The notes beneath the pieces were generated by a model that worked only from the letters and a program-made list of their open reading frames with translations, searched no databases and was not told the origin of the DNA. Below are positions 1 to 12,974 of a stretch of 51,130 bases of DNA, one piece after another. Made by a program: the position numbers and the translations under genes. The stretch comes from Girardia tigrina. Taxonomy: Eukaryota. Location of the stretch: contig MQRK01223292.1 in NCBI GenBank assembly GCA_001938485.1, positions 68,725 through 119,854 of the forward strand, in the 5' to 3' direction. Positions within the stretch are counted from its first letter, which is position 1. Every line of letters starts with the position of its first letter.

Positions 1-729
1 GGTAGCATACGGTTCAATTTCGCATTTAAACCCGCATATATCGCATGCTCATTTAAATTTTTTTTGACCGTTACAAGTAACTTCGAGAAAATTTAATTAA
101 GTTAACTTGAATTTTTTAAATGTAAAATTGTACCTTAAGACCTAACAAATCATTCAGTGAAAATTTGAAGTTTCTATGTGGTCTAAATGCTGAGATATAG
201 GCAAAAGTAAATGGCCCATTCTTGACAAGATGAAATACAGTGAAGGTATATGAAAAGTGCTTAAAAATATATCACTCAATAAAAAATATCAAATCAATAG
301 AAATAAAATATATTAATATAATATTTTTGTTTCTTTTTTAGTATAAAAGAAATAACTACTAAATAAAATTAGTTCTATATATGTGACCGCAGCTGAGAAA
401 AGGGACCATAAGTCGCTGCACAGAAAGCCCAGTAATCACCTGTAATAGTGGATTGGTCAAAAATGGGGCAAAAGTAGTTCACTATCTATTTCAATAGGTC
501 AATCCATGCCCCTGAATACAGTATATGAATACAGCATCATTTGTTGTTCTGACCTATTTATAGGCCTTAACTACCTAATAAACTAACTATTTAATACTTA
601 AATGCTTAATAAACATAATGTTTCAATTCGCGTTTTCTCAAAAACGAGTTTTTAAGAATATGACTGTTTCACGATTTTAAATAAATCAAATATCGAAGTT
701 ATTTAAATAATTCCGATAAACAATGGTAT

Positions 730-2260
730 CACACGAGAATTTTGAACGCTGTTGAATTTATCGACATCAGAAACTCCTACAAAAACTCAATCGATTTCCG
801 AACGAATTATGTTGGAAATAGTTTCTAATTGCGATTTATCAATGATTTCAGTCGATCATCACGAAACAATCGCTCGATCTCTCGTTAATTATCTTCTGAA
901 ATCAATAAAATCAGAAAATTGCATTTTTGAAACGAAAATAATCGAAAAATTCGTCGATATTTTATGGAAATTTGAAAAGAAAAAAAGGTCAGAATTGGTG
1001 GAAATTGTCGTAGAATAATTGTCATTGGAAAACGATGACAAAATTGTCCTCTATGTCGAAAGGATATGTCTATTATTAAACGTTCGAAATTTATCATTGA
1101 AATCGGAAAAAAATTCGTTTCGAAAATTATCGATTTTTATTTTTAATTCATTGCAAACGAAATTGATTCAACGAAGTGATCGGTTGATGGAAAAGATTTT
1201 GGTGTTGTGTGGTTTATTGTTGACGATATTCGATATTTATTGGATCGAGTCGAATAATTCCAGTTGTAAATTTATGTGATGAAACATTTGAATGTAAATT
1301 AATCGATAGTGTTTTTACAATTTCATTGGTAAAAAATCCGGAGGAATTTTTCGAGAAATAATCCATTAAGGAATTCGATAAGATCGTGTTACCTTTTACA
1401 ATTAAAGCGTTTTATATAATTAATAAGAACGGTCTGGGATTGAGAAATGTGTTCGTTTTAGAGAAATATTCGAATGAGTTATCGAATATTAGACAGATTT
1501 AAAGAGATTTTAGAAATAAAATCGAGTTGGTGGTGGGATATGGCGATCAAATAATAGGTTTCGTTCCATGTGATTTTGTCGATTTTATTTATCCGGAACA
1601 TAGTGATATTTTTTTGAAATGTTTGGGCGAAAAATATAATCATGTGTACTGTTTTGGAATTGTTTCATTGATTCTACAAACTTAATTCGAAATTAGAACG
1701 AAATAAATTTATTGAAAAATATTTGACTTAAAATTTGTTGTAAATTGATAGATTCTTTGTAAAAAATGATATTTTTCGATTTGTTTAAAAAATCGAGCTT
1801 TGTGATTCTGATTTAATTATTTCGATTTGTTTAAATCGATCAGTTTTTTTTATTTGGCGAATTTTGAAAAAAAAATAAATATTGCGGCGTTGAATTGTTT
1901 TGTTAATGTTTTTGAATGAAGACTGACAGAGGATTTTTTTCAAAGATTTTTTCCATTCTCGCGAGACTTTTCGATCATTTGAACTTCCACCCGATTTCTT
2001 TGACCAAGTGGAGGGAGATTTCCAAAGACAATTCCGATTATTTGTTGTCAATTTTGAAAGTTCCTTTTTGTTCGATTAATTGCATCGAAAATTCCGAAAT
2101 CGATCACCCAATTGTGAGAGAATTAATCGATTGCGGTTGGTTGAGTTGTCGCACCGATCTCCGACAACCGATCGGTTGTTTGTTCGCATTTCGCTTTCTA
2201 TAGGAGTCGATTATCATCGATAGACTCATCCAAGGATCGCTCTTTTTTCCCGATCCAGTT
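730..2260 (+). pseudogene. Disrupted protein-coding sequence of unknown, probably alpha-helical, product
   Basis: ORFs 752-1018 and 1019-1279 are in frame, separated by one TAA. Coding-like reading resumes in a shifted frame (CDETFECKLIDSVF...YPEHSDIFLKCLG) with scattered TAA stops, and again at 1916-2203. The block is much richer in CG/TCGA than its flanks. Confidence 0.5.
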
Positions 2261-2484
2261 TTAATCGATTTAAAACAGAAACAGAAATTAAAAAATTAAT
2301 ATTTTTTTAGTAGAGGTTAAAATTTTAAAAAATAATTTAGAAAAATTGTTCGAATAATCATGATTAAAAACAGAAATAAAAAAACCAATTAGAACGATGG
2401 CAAACGATGAAAGACTTTCTGAGAGTCTTAATAACTCTAAATGTAATTGCAATAAAAATTCAAATGAGACTTGTTTAAATGTTC

Positions 2485-2968
2485 TTAATAGACTTCATCG
2501 ATAAAAAATATTTGATTTTCAATATAAGAATTCAATTTGTTTAAAAAAGATTGGGCGTAGCTTTTTCTAAGGTTTATAGAAGTTTCATCATTTCTTTTGA
2601 CTGGAACCAAACTTAATCTATTGAATGTAAAATTGAATCCTTCCTGTATCCTGTAAATTGTTGATCGAGAAACAGAGATATCAGATTTATTTTGGACTAT
2701 ATTCGAAAGATCTTTTAAAGATCGAGTACAATCTTCTCCAACGCACTCTGTTATTTGAGCCTTCTTTTCATCTGAAAGTTTAGCTCTTGCGCCATTTTCA
2801 ATCTTTTCTGAATTTATTTTTCCAGAACTTAAATATTTTGAAATTATCGTTTGTACCGTTGTTATCTTCAAGTCCATTACTTCCGCATTATTTTTGGCTG
2901 AATTTCCTCAAATAGGATGCAATAATTCTTTGTCGACTTTCATTAGATATTGTTTTGATTTCTCTCAT
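2485..2968 (-). mobile_element. IS630/Tc1-type transposase 5' fragment, truncated after the first catalytic Asp
   Basis: MREIKTISNESRQRII... HTH region, 'VSRSTIYR', ending in 'IFFIDE'; frameshifted and truncated. Confidence 0.75.
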
Positions 2969-3028
2969 TTTAAGATATTTAAACTGCTGAAGAATTTAAC
3001 AATTATATAGAAATATCGTTATATAATA

Positions 3029-4190
3029 TTAGGTTGTTCGATATGAAAAGGGTCAAAGTTAAAGTAAAATGTAAATCGATTTTTTTTAAATAATAACATT
3101 TTATTTTTAATCAAAATATCCCCCCATGTTGTCAACACACTGTTGCCATTTCAATGGTAACACATTTANNNNNNNNNNNNNNNNNNNNNNNNNNNNNNNN
3201 NNNNNNNNNNNNNNNNNNNNNNNNNNNNNNNNNNNNNNNNNNNNNNNNNNNNNNNNNNNNNNNNNNNNNNNNNNNNNNNNNNNNNNNNNNNNNNNNNNNN
3301 NNNNNNNNNNNNNNNNNNNNNNNNNNNNNNNNNNNNNNNNNNNNNNNNNNNNNNNNNNNNNNNNNNNNNNNNNNNNNNNNNNNNNNNNNNNNNNNNNNNN
3401 NNNNNNNNNNNNNNNNNNNNNNNNNNNNNNNNNNNNNNNNNNNNNNNNNNNNNNNNNNNNNNNNNNNNNNNNNNNNNNNNNNNNNNNNNNNNNNNNNNNN
3501 NNNNNNNNNNNNNNNNNNNNNNNNNNNNNNNNNNNNNNNNNNNNNNNNNNNNNNNNNNNNNNNNNNNNNNNNNNNNNNNNNNNNNNNNNNNNNNNNNNNN
3601 NNNNNNNNNNNNNNNNNNNNNNNNNNNNNNNNNNNNNNNNNNNNNNNNNNNNNNNNNNNNNNNNNNNNNNNNNNNNNNNNNNNNNNNNNNNNNNNNNNNN
3701 NNNNNNNNNNNNNNNNNNNNNNNNNNNNNNNNNNNNNNNNNNNNNNNNNNNNNNNNNNNNNNNNNNNNNNNNNNNNNNNNNNNNNNNNNNNNNNNNNNNN
3801 NNNNNNNNNNNNNNNNNNNNNNNNNNNNNNNNNNNNNNNNNNNNNNNNNNNNNNNNNNNNNNNNNNNNNNNNNNNNNNNNNNNNNNNNNNNNNNNNNNNN
3901 NNNNNNNNNNNNNNNNNNNNNNNNNNNNNNNNNNNNNNNNNNNNNNNNNNNNNNNNNNNNNNNNNNNNNNNNNNNNNNNNNNNNNNNNNNNNNNNNNNNN
4001 NNNNNNNNNNNNNNNNNNNNNNNNNNNNNNNNNNNNNNNNNNNNNNNNNNNNNNNNNNNNNNNNNNNNNNNNNAATAATATATCTGTCAAGAAATACCTT
4101 ATTTCTTTTCATACGATAGTTCAAAGTTAAGTTATACGCGATTGAAATGTAAGGTGTGAAGTTTGACCCGTTTCATATCGAACAACCTAA
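3029..4190 (-). mobile_element. Mariner element, interior hidden by an N gap
   Basis: TIRs TTAGGTTGTTCGATATGAAAAGGGTCAAA / TTTGACCCGTTTCATATCGAACAACCTAA, both flanked by TA. The mariner C-terminus 'LPLKWQQCVDNMGGYFD*' is at 3107-3167. Confidence 0.9.
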
Positions 4191-5919
4191 TACAAAATCT
4201 AATTTATTGATTATTAATGATTTTTTTTATATTTGGTTAAAAAATAAACAATATATTTGTAGTTTTTACATCCTATCTCTGTATTTTTTATGATTTCAAA
4301 TTCATTACTTTATTTTTAATAATTTTATTTTTGACTCCTCCAATTTTGTCGAGTTTCAATGAAACGTTGTCGAATTTCAATGAAAAACACAGTAATAAAA
4401 ATTCAAATGAAAATTGTCTCAATGTTCTTAACAATCATGTTATGCATTTGAAAGAATTTCGAAGGCCCTGTCCACTGACAAGTTGTTCTAAATTGTCGGG
4501 TCATAAATGTCCACCTCTATATCGAGCAAATAAAGTACACTACCGGATCTGTAAGCACCAAATTGCGAATCATAGAAAAGCCCTTTTCCAAAATGCAAAC
4601 ACTCCAGACCATGGTCCATGAAAGTGCACCAGAAATGACAGGAATTTTAAGATAATCGGGTTGTCCTTTGATCACATCTTCTGATTTCCATCTGTTCCGG
4701 TCGGTGACCCTTTTTCTTTATGGTTACTTTGTCACATTTGAGGAAAATGTAAAATATCTCAAATTGGCCTTGGTGGTTTCCTCATGGTTTTGTGCAACTG
4801 TGTCGAACTTTACATCAAGTGATAGAAGACCACGAATTCTAGTTTGAGGAATGAATTTTTTTGTTTTTATGTTATACTCAATTTACGTTATGAATTGAAA
4901 TGGCCGATCAATTTTAAATCAACCTCATTATTTAATAATAGTTTAAACAGAACCGTTATTTAATTAAAAAAAAATTTCAAAAAAAATAAATTTTTATATT
5001 AATTATTTAAAATGTTTTATTATTTCTAAAAAATTACAAAAGTTAAAATTTAACAAAATATTCTGAAATTATTTCGAAATTTATAATTGATAAAAAACTT
5101 TTCTTAAGCAGCAAAACTATTTAGAAATAAGAACACGTTTCAACACTTTATATATCTTGTTTTTTTTAATTATTTATAAATTTATTTAATTTTAAATCAT
5201 ATTTGAGATATAATTGTGTGACTCCAAAAAATCTCGGCTGTACACCGGACATGCAATGTTCCGGCGCCGCCAACTATAAAACGCTTCAAATATTTCAATC
5301 AATTTAACATTTTAATTTAAAAATTAAAAAAAAACTTTAATTAAAAACTACTAAAATAGTAATAAATAATAATATTATCAAAACTATTTTTCAATAAATT
5401 TACAAAATAAATAAAACTTTTCAAAAAATATTATTAAATATTTTAAGTAAAAATTATAATATTAGATTTAAGTAAAAAATGATGCCAGTTTTACTCATTC
5501 ATATATCCTAAAACTAAACTTCTTAATATTTATTGTTATATATAATAATAAAACTTGTAAACATAATATATCGGTTTTAATTAAATTAAACTTTTAATCT
5601 CGTTTATTTCAAGCTCGTCAAGCAAATTTCGACAAACATATTTTTCAGTTTAAACTTGACGTAGTACAAAAGAAACCCGTAAAAATAAAAAGTCAATAAA
5701 AGTCAAAAAGAGCTGGCAAATACTAACAGATTTGTGACAAACTTTTATTATGAAAGACAAATGAATAAATGTAAATTTTAATTAAATTTTAGAAAATATA
5801 TTTAATACAAACAAATCGGAAAGAAAAAATAGAAGGTACTTTGTTTTTTCATGGAAACAAGAAAGGATGTGGGAGGAAAAGCAAACAGTTAATTATATTA
5901 TTTTACTATTGCAAATACC

Positions 5920-6120
5920 CCTAATCTCCGAATCAGGACCATTTTGCTCTGCATAGTCAGCTTTGGAAATACATTTGACTCTTCAGTGATAACTATTCTT
6001 TCATGTAGTTTGTCTGGAGGTATTTTGACTAAAAAGGAACATACGACCCAAATAATCGAGATAATGTGACTCAAATGAGACCTAATGAATATGTGACAAT
6101 TTACATTCTTCCATGTGGAA
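5920..6120 (-). mobile_element. Probable Penelope-like GIY-YIG C-terminal remnant
   Basis: 'LHERIVITEESNVFPKLTMQ' resembles the PLE tail 'YHERIVTEALL...KPCLNVQ' seen at about 13000; it lies next to the hammerhead motif at 6276-6321. Confidence 0.4.
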
Positions 6121-6275
6121 GTAATGAAGAATTATTTTTCTTAATTTTTGGATTGAATTTATTTTGTTATTCTATTAATTTTTTATGGCCATTTTTATCG
6201 CCATAAAATTTTTTTTTATTTTCAAATTTTTAATAATTTCTGCCTAAAACAAAAATAAGGCCACTGAAAAATATA

Positions 6276-6321
6276 TTTAATAAATATATTTCAACGATTA
6301 TTCCGTCATCTTCAGATCAAA
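6276..6321 (-). ncRNA. Minimal type I hammerhead ribozyme (PLE-type), slightly degenerate
   Basis: Minus strand reads TTTGAT-CTGAAGA-T-GACGG-AATAA-TCGTT-GAAA-TATATTT-ATTAAA: both core boxes, stem II, and stem I pairing TTTGAT/ATTAAA. Confidence 0.65.
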
Positions 6322-6710
6322 ATTATAAGCTAATTTTAAATCTAACTAATCTAAAACTCTCAACAAATTGACCAAGTGCGTAGTCAGAACATTGCCGTTT
6401 TGATTACCAGATCTTTTTACCAAGATCTTATTTCTTCTTATATCTCTTATAGCGACAATTAATTATTTTTTTACAATTCTTTTTGATATTATAATTTGAT
6501 ATTAAAATAATACTTGCTAGTATTTTTTTAAGATTGCTTAAACGACCCAGTTATGATAAGTCATCTAACAAGAACAAAAAAATAAGATGATAGGCAATTG
6601 TCAATTAAATTATTGAATAATTCATTAATAATTTGTTTTAATGGTAAAAAAATGTCATTGATTTATTTTTGTGCATTTCCTCTTTAAATGAAAAACAAAA
6701 CAGTGACATA

Positions 6711-8085
6711 TACCTTACCCTACCAAAAGTTTTCCGTCAGAAGCATATTTGACTCCTTTCTGTTGTATTTTGAGTTTATTGAGAAAGTCCTTTAAAATAA
6801 AAGAATTATAAGGCTGTCATAATATCAGTATATTGAAATGATAAAGGTTATACTGTTGCTGGTCTTCCTATTGGTTGTCTATAAATAGATTTCTTATAAA
6901 TTATATTGCATGAAGCGTTTTTCTATTTCACTATTATTCACCATATTGCTAAGCATGGCATTACGAAAGGAGCTTACGGACTTTGAGAAGGGCGTCATCT
7001 ATGACTGCCATCTGTGCAACAAATCTCAGAGTAAAATTGCACAGCTAAACAGTCATCACAAATCAACAATAGATTCATTTCTCCGAAAGTATCGCTGCAA
7101 ATACAGTTATATGAACAAAGAGTGATCTGGCCGATTGAAATGTTTGTGCAATCGTGTCCAACAAAAGCTAGTTCAGCTTGTGAAGCAGAACGGGTACATG
7201 TCCCTGACACAAATCATTGCTGAGTACTGCGTAGGTCACACACAAACAAATATGTCTACAATTCGCCGACATTTTCATTTCTTGGGTTTCTACCGGAGAG
7301 TATGTGCAAGAAAACCATTTATTTCAGAAGCCATTCGCATGCGGCGTCTTTGTTGGTGCAATGCCAGACGTATCTGGACTCCTCCTGATTGGTAGAAAAT
7401 TATATGGAGCAATGAGTCCCGTTTTACGCTCTTCCATTCCGATGGACAACAATTTGCATGGCGGTACAGTGATGAAAGATTTCATCCTGATTGTATTCTT
7501 CCAACAGTCAAGTACGGCAGCGGCTCCATAATCTATTGGAGTTACTTCACAGTCAATGGTATTGGCCCATTTGTCAAGTTAATTCCATGAACAACATGAA
7601 TTCCATGGAGTTCCGATAAATCCTTGAACATGAACTGCTTCAATTCCTCCCAGAAATTGCCAATATGCTATTCCAACACGATATGTCACAAATTCATACA
7701 TCGCACTTCACTAAGGATTTCTTCGAAACAAGTGGCATAAACGTACTGGAATGGATGACACAAAGCCCCGATTTAAACCAATTTGAATTCCTTTGGGATG
7801 AGGTAGACCGACGCGTTCGTAAAAGACAAGTTTCTTCCACGTAATGCCACTGAATTGAAACTTCAGTTGCGGGAAGAATGGGGAAATATTCTTCCTCAGC
7901 TCCTGAAAACATTGGTTTATTCTATGCGCAGCCATAAGAGCTAAATGAAACTTCACTAAATACTAATTTTCCAATGCCTCAACTGTCTTTTGCATTCTAT
8001 TTTGGTTTAAACATTAAAGAATTCATTGCGACTAGTTAAAAGTATAAAAAAGCTATTGACCGAAGACTTTTTGAAGTTCAGGGTA
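6711..8085 (+). mobile_element. Full-length degenerate Tc1 element
   Basis: Diverged TIRs of about 35 bp flanked by TA. Transposase pseudogene 6955-7966: MALRKELTDFEKGVI, ARKPFIS, WSNESRF, FQHD, QSPDLNQFEFLWD, FTKY*; several stops and frameshifts. Confidence 0.9.
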
Positions 8086-8149
8086 TATATATATATATTG
8101 ATAATGTAATTTGATTAAAGCTTCTTTTATATATTTATTAAACATTTTT

Positions 8150-9021
8150 CGATTACAACACCAGGAATCTTTCGTGAAGTACATAATGTTACGTGATTGG
8201 CGTCTCAAAGTACGTGAAATAGCTGACGTAATGGGCATATCAAACAAATGAGTTGGATATATTTTGAATAAAGAATTACACATGAAAAAGCTTTGCACAA
8301 GATGGGTGCTGCATTTGTTAACGTTCGATCAAAAACGCTTTCAAAATAGAAATTCTCAAGCTTGTTTGGATCAATTTAGACAAAATAAAGGGGATTTTAA
8401 CGTTGCTTCAAAACAGTTGATAAAACACAGAACCGCCATTATACAATAGATACAAAACAACAGTAAAATGAATTAAAGAAGGTTAAACAGTTCAGTCAGC
8501 CCGGAAGGTTATGACAACAATATTTTGGGATGCCAAGGGGTTTTATTTATCAGAATATTACTCAAAACTTTTATTATTAATACATTTTTTATTACTCAAC
8601 TGGATGCGATAATTCGTGAGAAAAGACATAGTTTGGCAAAGAAAAAAATCGTTTATCATCCAAACAATGAAACTGCTCACAAAAGTGGTTTGACGAAGGC
8701 TAAATTGAACGAATTGAAGTACGAATTGCTTGATCATTCACCGTTTTCACCAGATTTTGATCCCAGAGATTATTATTTGTTTCCTAGTCTAAAAAGGTTG
8801 CTTGCTGGAAAGCGTTTCATATAAAATGATGAAGCTATTGCAGCCGTAAACGGTTATTTTGTAGAGCTTGCGGAAAATCATTTTCATCAATAGGTAAAAT
8901 TGTTAGAAAAATGTTTGAATAAATGTATTAATGTTTTGGGAGATTATATTGAAAAATAAATATCTTCAAATTTAACTTTTGTTTTTCATTGTTAGTCTAA
9001 GAACATTTCGGACAACCAACG
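8150..9021 (+). mobile_element. 5'-truncated mariner pseudogene (DD34D, irritans/Himar1-like)
   Basis: 'LHMKKLCTRWVLHLLT' (WVPHEL-type), 'KVMTTIFWDAKG', 'HSPFSPDFDPRDYYLF' (YSPDLAPSD-type); TIR-like end ...TTTCGGACAACCAACG followed by TA. Confidence 0.85.
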
Positions 9022-10311
9022 TATATATATATATACATAAATAAATAAATACACATATGCAGTATTTTGTAAATAATAAATATGCATGAACATGAACTCA
9101 AATCTCATTTTTTTCAGAAACCTAATAAAAATATAATATTTTTAATAAAAGCAATAATACTGCATTTTTAATTATTTATTTTTAATTTATTTTAAAAATG
9201 TATTTGATTTCATTTAAACTGAAATAAAGCATATAAATAATAATATCTATTTGACATCAAAGAATTTCTGCTAATTTTACAATAATTTTCATTCATTTTA
9301 AATAAAACTTGGCATTTATAACTGAGAAATAATTTTAACAATTCATTTTTATTTAGTTTAAAATTTAAATTTCTTTGAAATAATTTTTTGTATGTAAAAA
9401 ATATTTAATAATAAAATGAAATAAATATTCAAATAATAATAATAATAATAATAACATTAATAATTATTTCAAAATTAATAGTAATAATAATAATTTGAAA
9501 TGCTTACACAACATTATTGAAATTTCCTCTAAAAATAAATATTTTGTCAATTGATTAAAAATTTTCAAAAGCAAAATAAATTTTTCACTATAGCTGCAAT
9601 TTGCTTTTTGTTTTTATTTCATTTTTTTAATTTGTTTTGTTTTGATTTTCTTTGAGGAAATTTTATTTTGATCAAACAATGCCTAATTGTTTCAGCAACA
9701 GTTTTTGAAAAAAATATAATTAAAATTTATTTATGAGTATAACCTTATACCACTTTAGACTCCAAAGAATATCGTAATCCTTTTTGATATTTGTAAACGT
9801 AATATTTATGATAAACCTTTATTACACATAAAAGAAGGAATTATAATCACATATTTAGTTTAAATGAGTATTGTGAGGGTTGCTTGAAAATGATGTAATA
9901 TATGATGGAATGTATGTTGCCTTTCCCAAAAATAATTGCACACCTTTAAAATACCGTTAAAAAATACCATTAAAATTAAATAACAAAAACAAATTCGATT
10001 ATAATTAACAAAAATTGAATTAATTTATAGAAATATGAAATAAATTAAATTAAATAATTTGTTTTAATATCGTGGTCTTGACAGTTATTTTAAAATTTAT
10101 TGATTGCACCGATGCAGAAGAAAATTAGCGAATTCTTTGTTTTAAATAAATCTTTTGGAAATTGTGTTTCGTCTTCTCCAAACAAGTATAATAAAATAAT
10201 TGTTGACAATTTTACCACGTTTTTATTAGCTTGCTTTCTTGTCTGTTTGTCTGGAACAAATCTTGCGATTGATTTTTCGACCACTTTCAGTCATCCAATT
10301 GAGCTGAATTC

Positions 10312-10530
10312 TTTTATACAGGCTTGCTTCCGATGACAATACAATTTGATAAAAGAAATTTTGAAAAAAATAATGTTTTCTAATTTTTTTTGCAAAAAAC
10401 CACTTACGATTATCTACAAATTTATACACTGTATTAAATAGCAATCTTTTCGTAAATTTTCATGAATGAAGTTTTATACAGGCTTGCTTCCGATGACAAT
10501 ACAATTTGATAAAAAAAATTTTGAAAAAAA
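10312..10530. repeat. 59-bp direct repeat (10312-10370 and 10472-10530)
   Basis: TTTTATACAGGCTTGCTTCCGATGACAATACAATTTGATAAAA(G/A)AAATTTTGAAAAAAA occurs twice, 160 bp apart. Confidence 0.9.
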
Positions 10531-10558
10531 ATTCCTGAATGATAACTAAAAATAGTTA

Positions 10559-10822
10559 AATAATATTATTAATAAAAAAAATTTTTTATAAAAACAACCA
10601 CGTTTTTCAAGCATTACCAATGCACTAAAAAGAGGAAAATAATTTTTTTCTAGACANNNNNNNNNNNNNNNNNNNNNNNNNNNNNNNNNNNNNNNNNNNN
10701 NNNNNNGGTATAAAATTTCTCACATGTCTAGAAAAAAATTATTTTCCTCTTTTTAGTGCATTGGTAATGCTTGAAAAACGTGGTTGTTTTTATAAAAAAA
10801 TTTTTTTATTAATAATATTATT
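10559..10822. repeat. Near-perfect inverted repeat of about 98 bp straddling an N gap
   Basis: 10559-10656 is the reverse complement of 10725-10822, with about one mismatch. Confidence 0.9.
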
Positions 10823-11778
10823 GTTAAATAAATTCCTTAGAAACGTTAAAAGAATATTTCAAAAAAAATAAAATATCTTTTGTTATACTTTCGAATTATT
10901 TTGTAGAAGCCGTTTTTTTAATACAAACATCATACTTTTTAATTAAACGCTGAATTTAGATCTACTAAACTCCTCTTCTAGAAATTAAAAAAATCTTCGA
11001 ATATATTGCTTAATATGGTAAGGAAATGTTTGAAGCTTGCTTTAGAATTTTTACGGACGATTTGATAATCAATGGATTCTTATACCGAATGCCTTAAAAC
11101 CTAAGACAAAAAAATCACAAATTAAGTATAACAAAATAATATAAACTAGGGTTAAAAATTAGATTAACCAATTTAGATTTTAACGAGCATCTACTAGACA
11201 TGAATAACAAAGGAATTAACTATATAATAATTCCTTGTATCATAGGTACATCACTCTGACTAATGTTTGCAATATGTTGAGCGAAACATTTTCTTCTTAA
11301 GACATGATTCTATTGTATTATATTCGTCAGTAAAATTTGATTTTGTAATATTTGGATAACAAGCTTTTTTCTGGTAGGCCAGAAAACAATATTATTGCAT
11401 AAGCATGTTTGAGGACGCCTTTGGGAGCGCTTTTGACTTGTAGACTTGTAGGTATTAAACATACTTGAAGTTTTATTTTAAAGACTTGTTTGTATCATTG
11501 CCTGAATTTAATTGATAATGATAAAAATTATTGACCCTGATTATTTTTAGATAATACGAGAGGATTCTAATCCTACACTCGTATTGTCTCCCATCGTTTC
11601 TTGGTTGACTGCTGAACGTTTATCTTTATAATAAATGTATTTATTTACAGTTGCCATTACATGCAAAAGGTAAAAAAACGTAAATGGAAATAAAATTAAA
11701 ATAAAAAGATCAAATTATAAGTCGAAAAGAATGATATAATAAATTGTTACTGTCTGACGTAAGTAAAATTGTATTTAC

Positions 11779-11837
11779 CTGCTGTAAAAATGTCTTCGGA
11801 ATGATTTTTACTAATGTTCATTAAAATCGAAACGTGA
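11779..11837 (-). CDS. Candidate small exon of the minus-strand host gene
   Basis: CTAATTAAACAG acceptor and CAG|GTAAAT donor; 59 nt, phase 2 to 1, reading HVSILMNISKNHSEDIFTA; phase-compatible with exon 18841-18957. Confidence 0.3.
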
Positions 11838-12739
11838 CTGTTTAATTAGCAAAATATAATTTATAAGATATTATTGTCAGCAACACTTAATCTTAATTTC
11901 AATCGTAAAAGTCCGTAGCAGATGCATTCTACGCTAATTGCGACTATTGATGCGGTCGGCTAAATCGTTTTACTGATGTAATAAAAGAGAAAAAAAATAT
12001 TTCTTGTAGATCATAAAATGGATTTGAAACACTTTGTATTTGAAATGTACAAAATTATGTTTAATAAAAACTGACAAAAGTGAAAGGTTATTTTATAAAA
12101 AATAAATCTCGGAATTATATTTTTGAATTATTAATCAATGAATGAATTAAAACAATTACGTTCATGAAAACAATAGGATTAAAAGAGATTTAATCAGGAC
12201 ATAAATGTAAAATAAAAGATACAAATACTGAATTATCGAAACAGTAGACTCAATAAAATATATAAGCAAAAAATATTGTATGAAAAAATGAGATTGTTTG
12301 ACAAAACTTGAATCAAGAAATGATTCAATGAATAGGAAAAGATTTCTTTTAATCAAATATTAATTTTATATTTTTCAAACAAACTTCAAGGAATATTCAT
12401 CCAAAATATAGTTGATTTTATACATCCTTTAAATCAAGAAGTTCCAAATTTTCGGTGTATTCGTGACCACTTGGAAAACATATGATTTGTCGGCCACACA
12501 AAAATTATTCTTTGATCATTAATTAAAAAATAAAAGCACACATATTTAGTAAATATTTAATATAACGTAGGCTTTTTTGTTTATTCATTGATATCAACCT
12601 CAAACGATCAAGTAACAATTATCAATAAATTTTCAAGGTGTTCATTCGATATTTGTTTTCATTTTGAACTAAATTTGCTTAATACTTAAAGTTTACTAAT
12701 TTATGATAAATATAAAATACACTACTCAAATACTATATA

Positions 12740-12744
<5 letters not shown>

Positions 12745-12784
<40 letters not shown>
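12745..12784. repeat. (TA)n microsatellite; others at about 25893-25929, 34874-34982, 35445-35478, 43417-43511 and 51102-51130
   Basis: Directly visible; several coincide with assembly gaps. Confidence 0.95.
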
Positions 12785-12792
<8 letters not shown>

Positions 12793-12825
12793 TAATGAAT
12801 AACAAACGCCATTTAAAAAGTTTTT

Positions 12826-12874
12826 TATTTCTCAAAACATGTTTCACCATTACGGCATCATCAGTTGTGAAGTA
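12826..12874 (-). ncRNA. Minimal type I hammerhead ribozyme downstream of a PLE GIY-YIG tail
   Basis: Minus strand reads TACTTCACAA-CTGATGA-T-GCCG-TAA-TGGT-GAAA-CATG-TT-TTGAGAAATA: core boxes, stem II, palindromic stem III (ACATGT), 8/10-bp stem I, GUU cleavage triplet. Confidence 0.85.
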
Positions 12875-12974
12875 AATTTCAAATTACAAGTCATTTATAT
12901 GGCACATTGACTATTACACAATTAATCTTTTTTTTAATTTTTTAATTAATATTAAAATATTTTAATATGATTGG

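Noticed and set aside
730-1720. Stop-codon reassignment (TAA read as sense), suggested by repeated in-frame TAA
   Set aside because: Frameshifts also occur, transposase ORFs end normally at TAA, the intact exons contain no in-frame TAA, and AT-biased decay explains the stops.
3107-4130. Long ORFs of about 180-330 aa here and at 26777-27487 and 46418-47249
   Set aside because: Artefacts of translating through N runs.
4430-4850. Possible Sola-like transposase N-terminus on the minus strand (KRVTDRNRWKSE, VFAFWK)
   Set aside because: The motifs are short and in different frames; not supportable without a profile search.
5919-6028. Candidate host exon with AG/GT boundaries
   Set aside because: The peptide matches the PLE GIY-YIG tail better than a host protein.
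10312-10530. CRISPR-like repeat-spacer unit
   Set aside because: Only two 59-bp copies, eukaryotic context and no cas genes.
10559-10822. Foldback element or hairpin RNA
   Set aside because: A near-identical inversion centred on a scaffold gap is more likely an assembly or amplification fold-back artefact.
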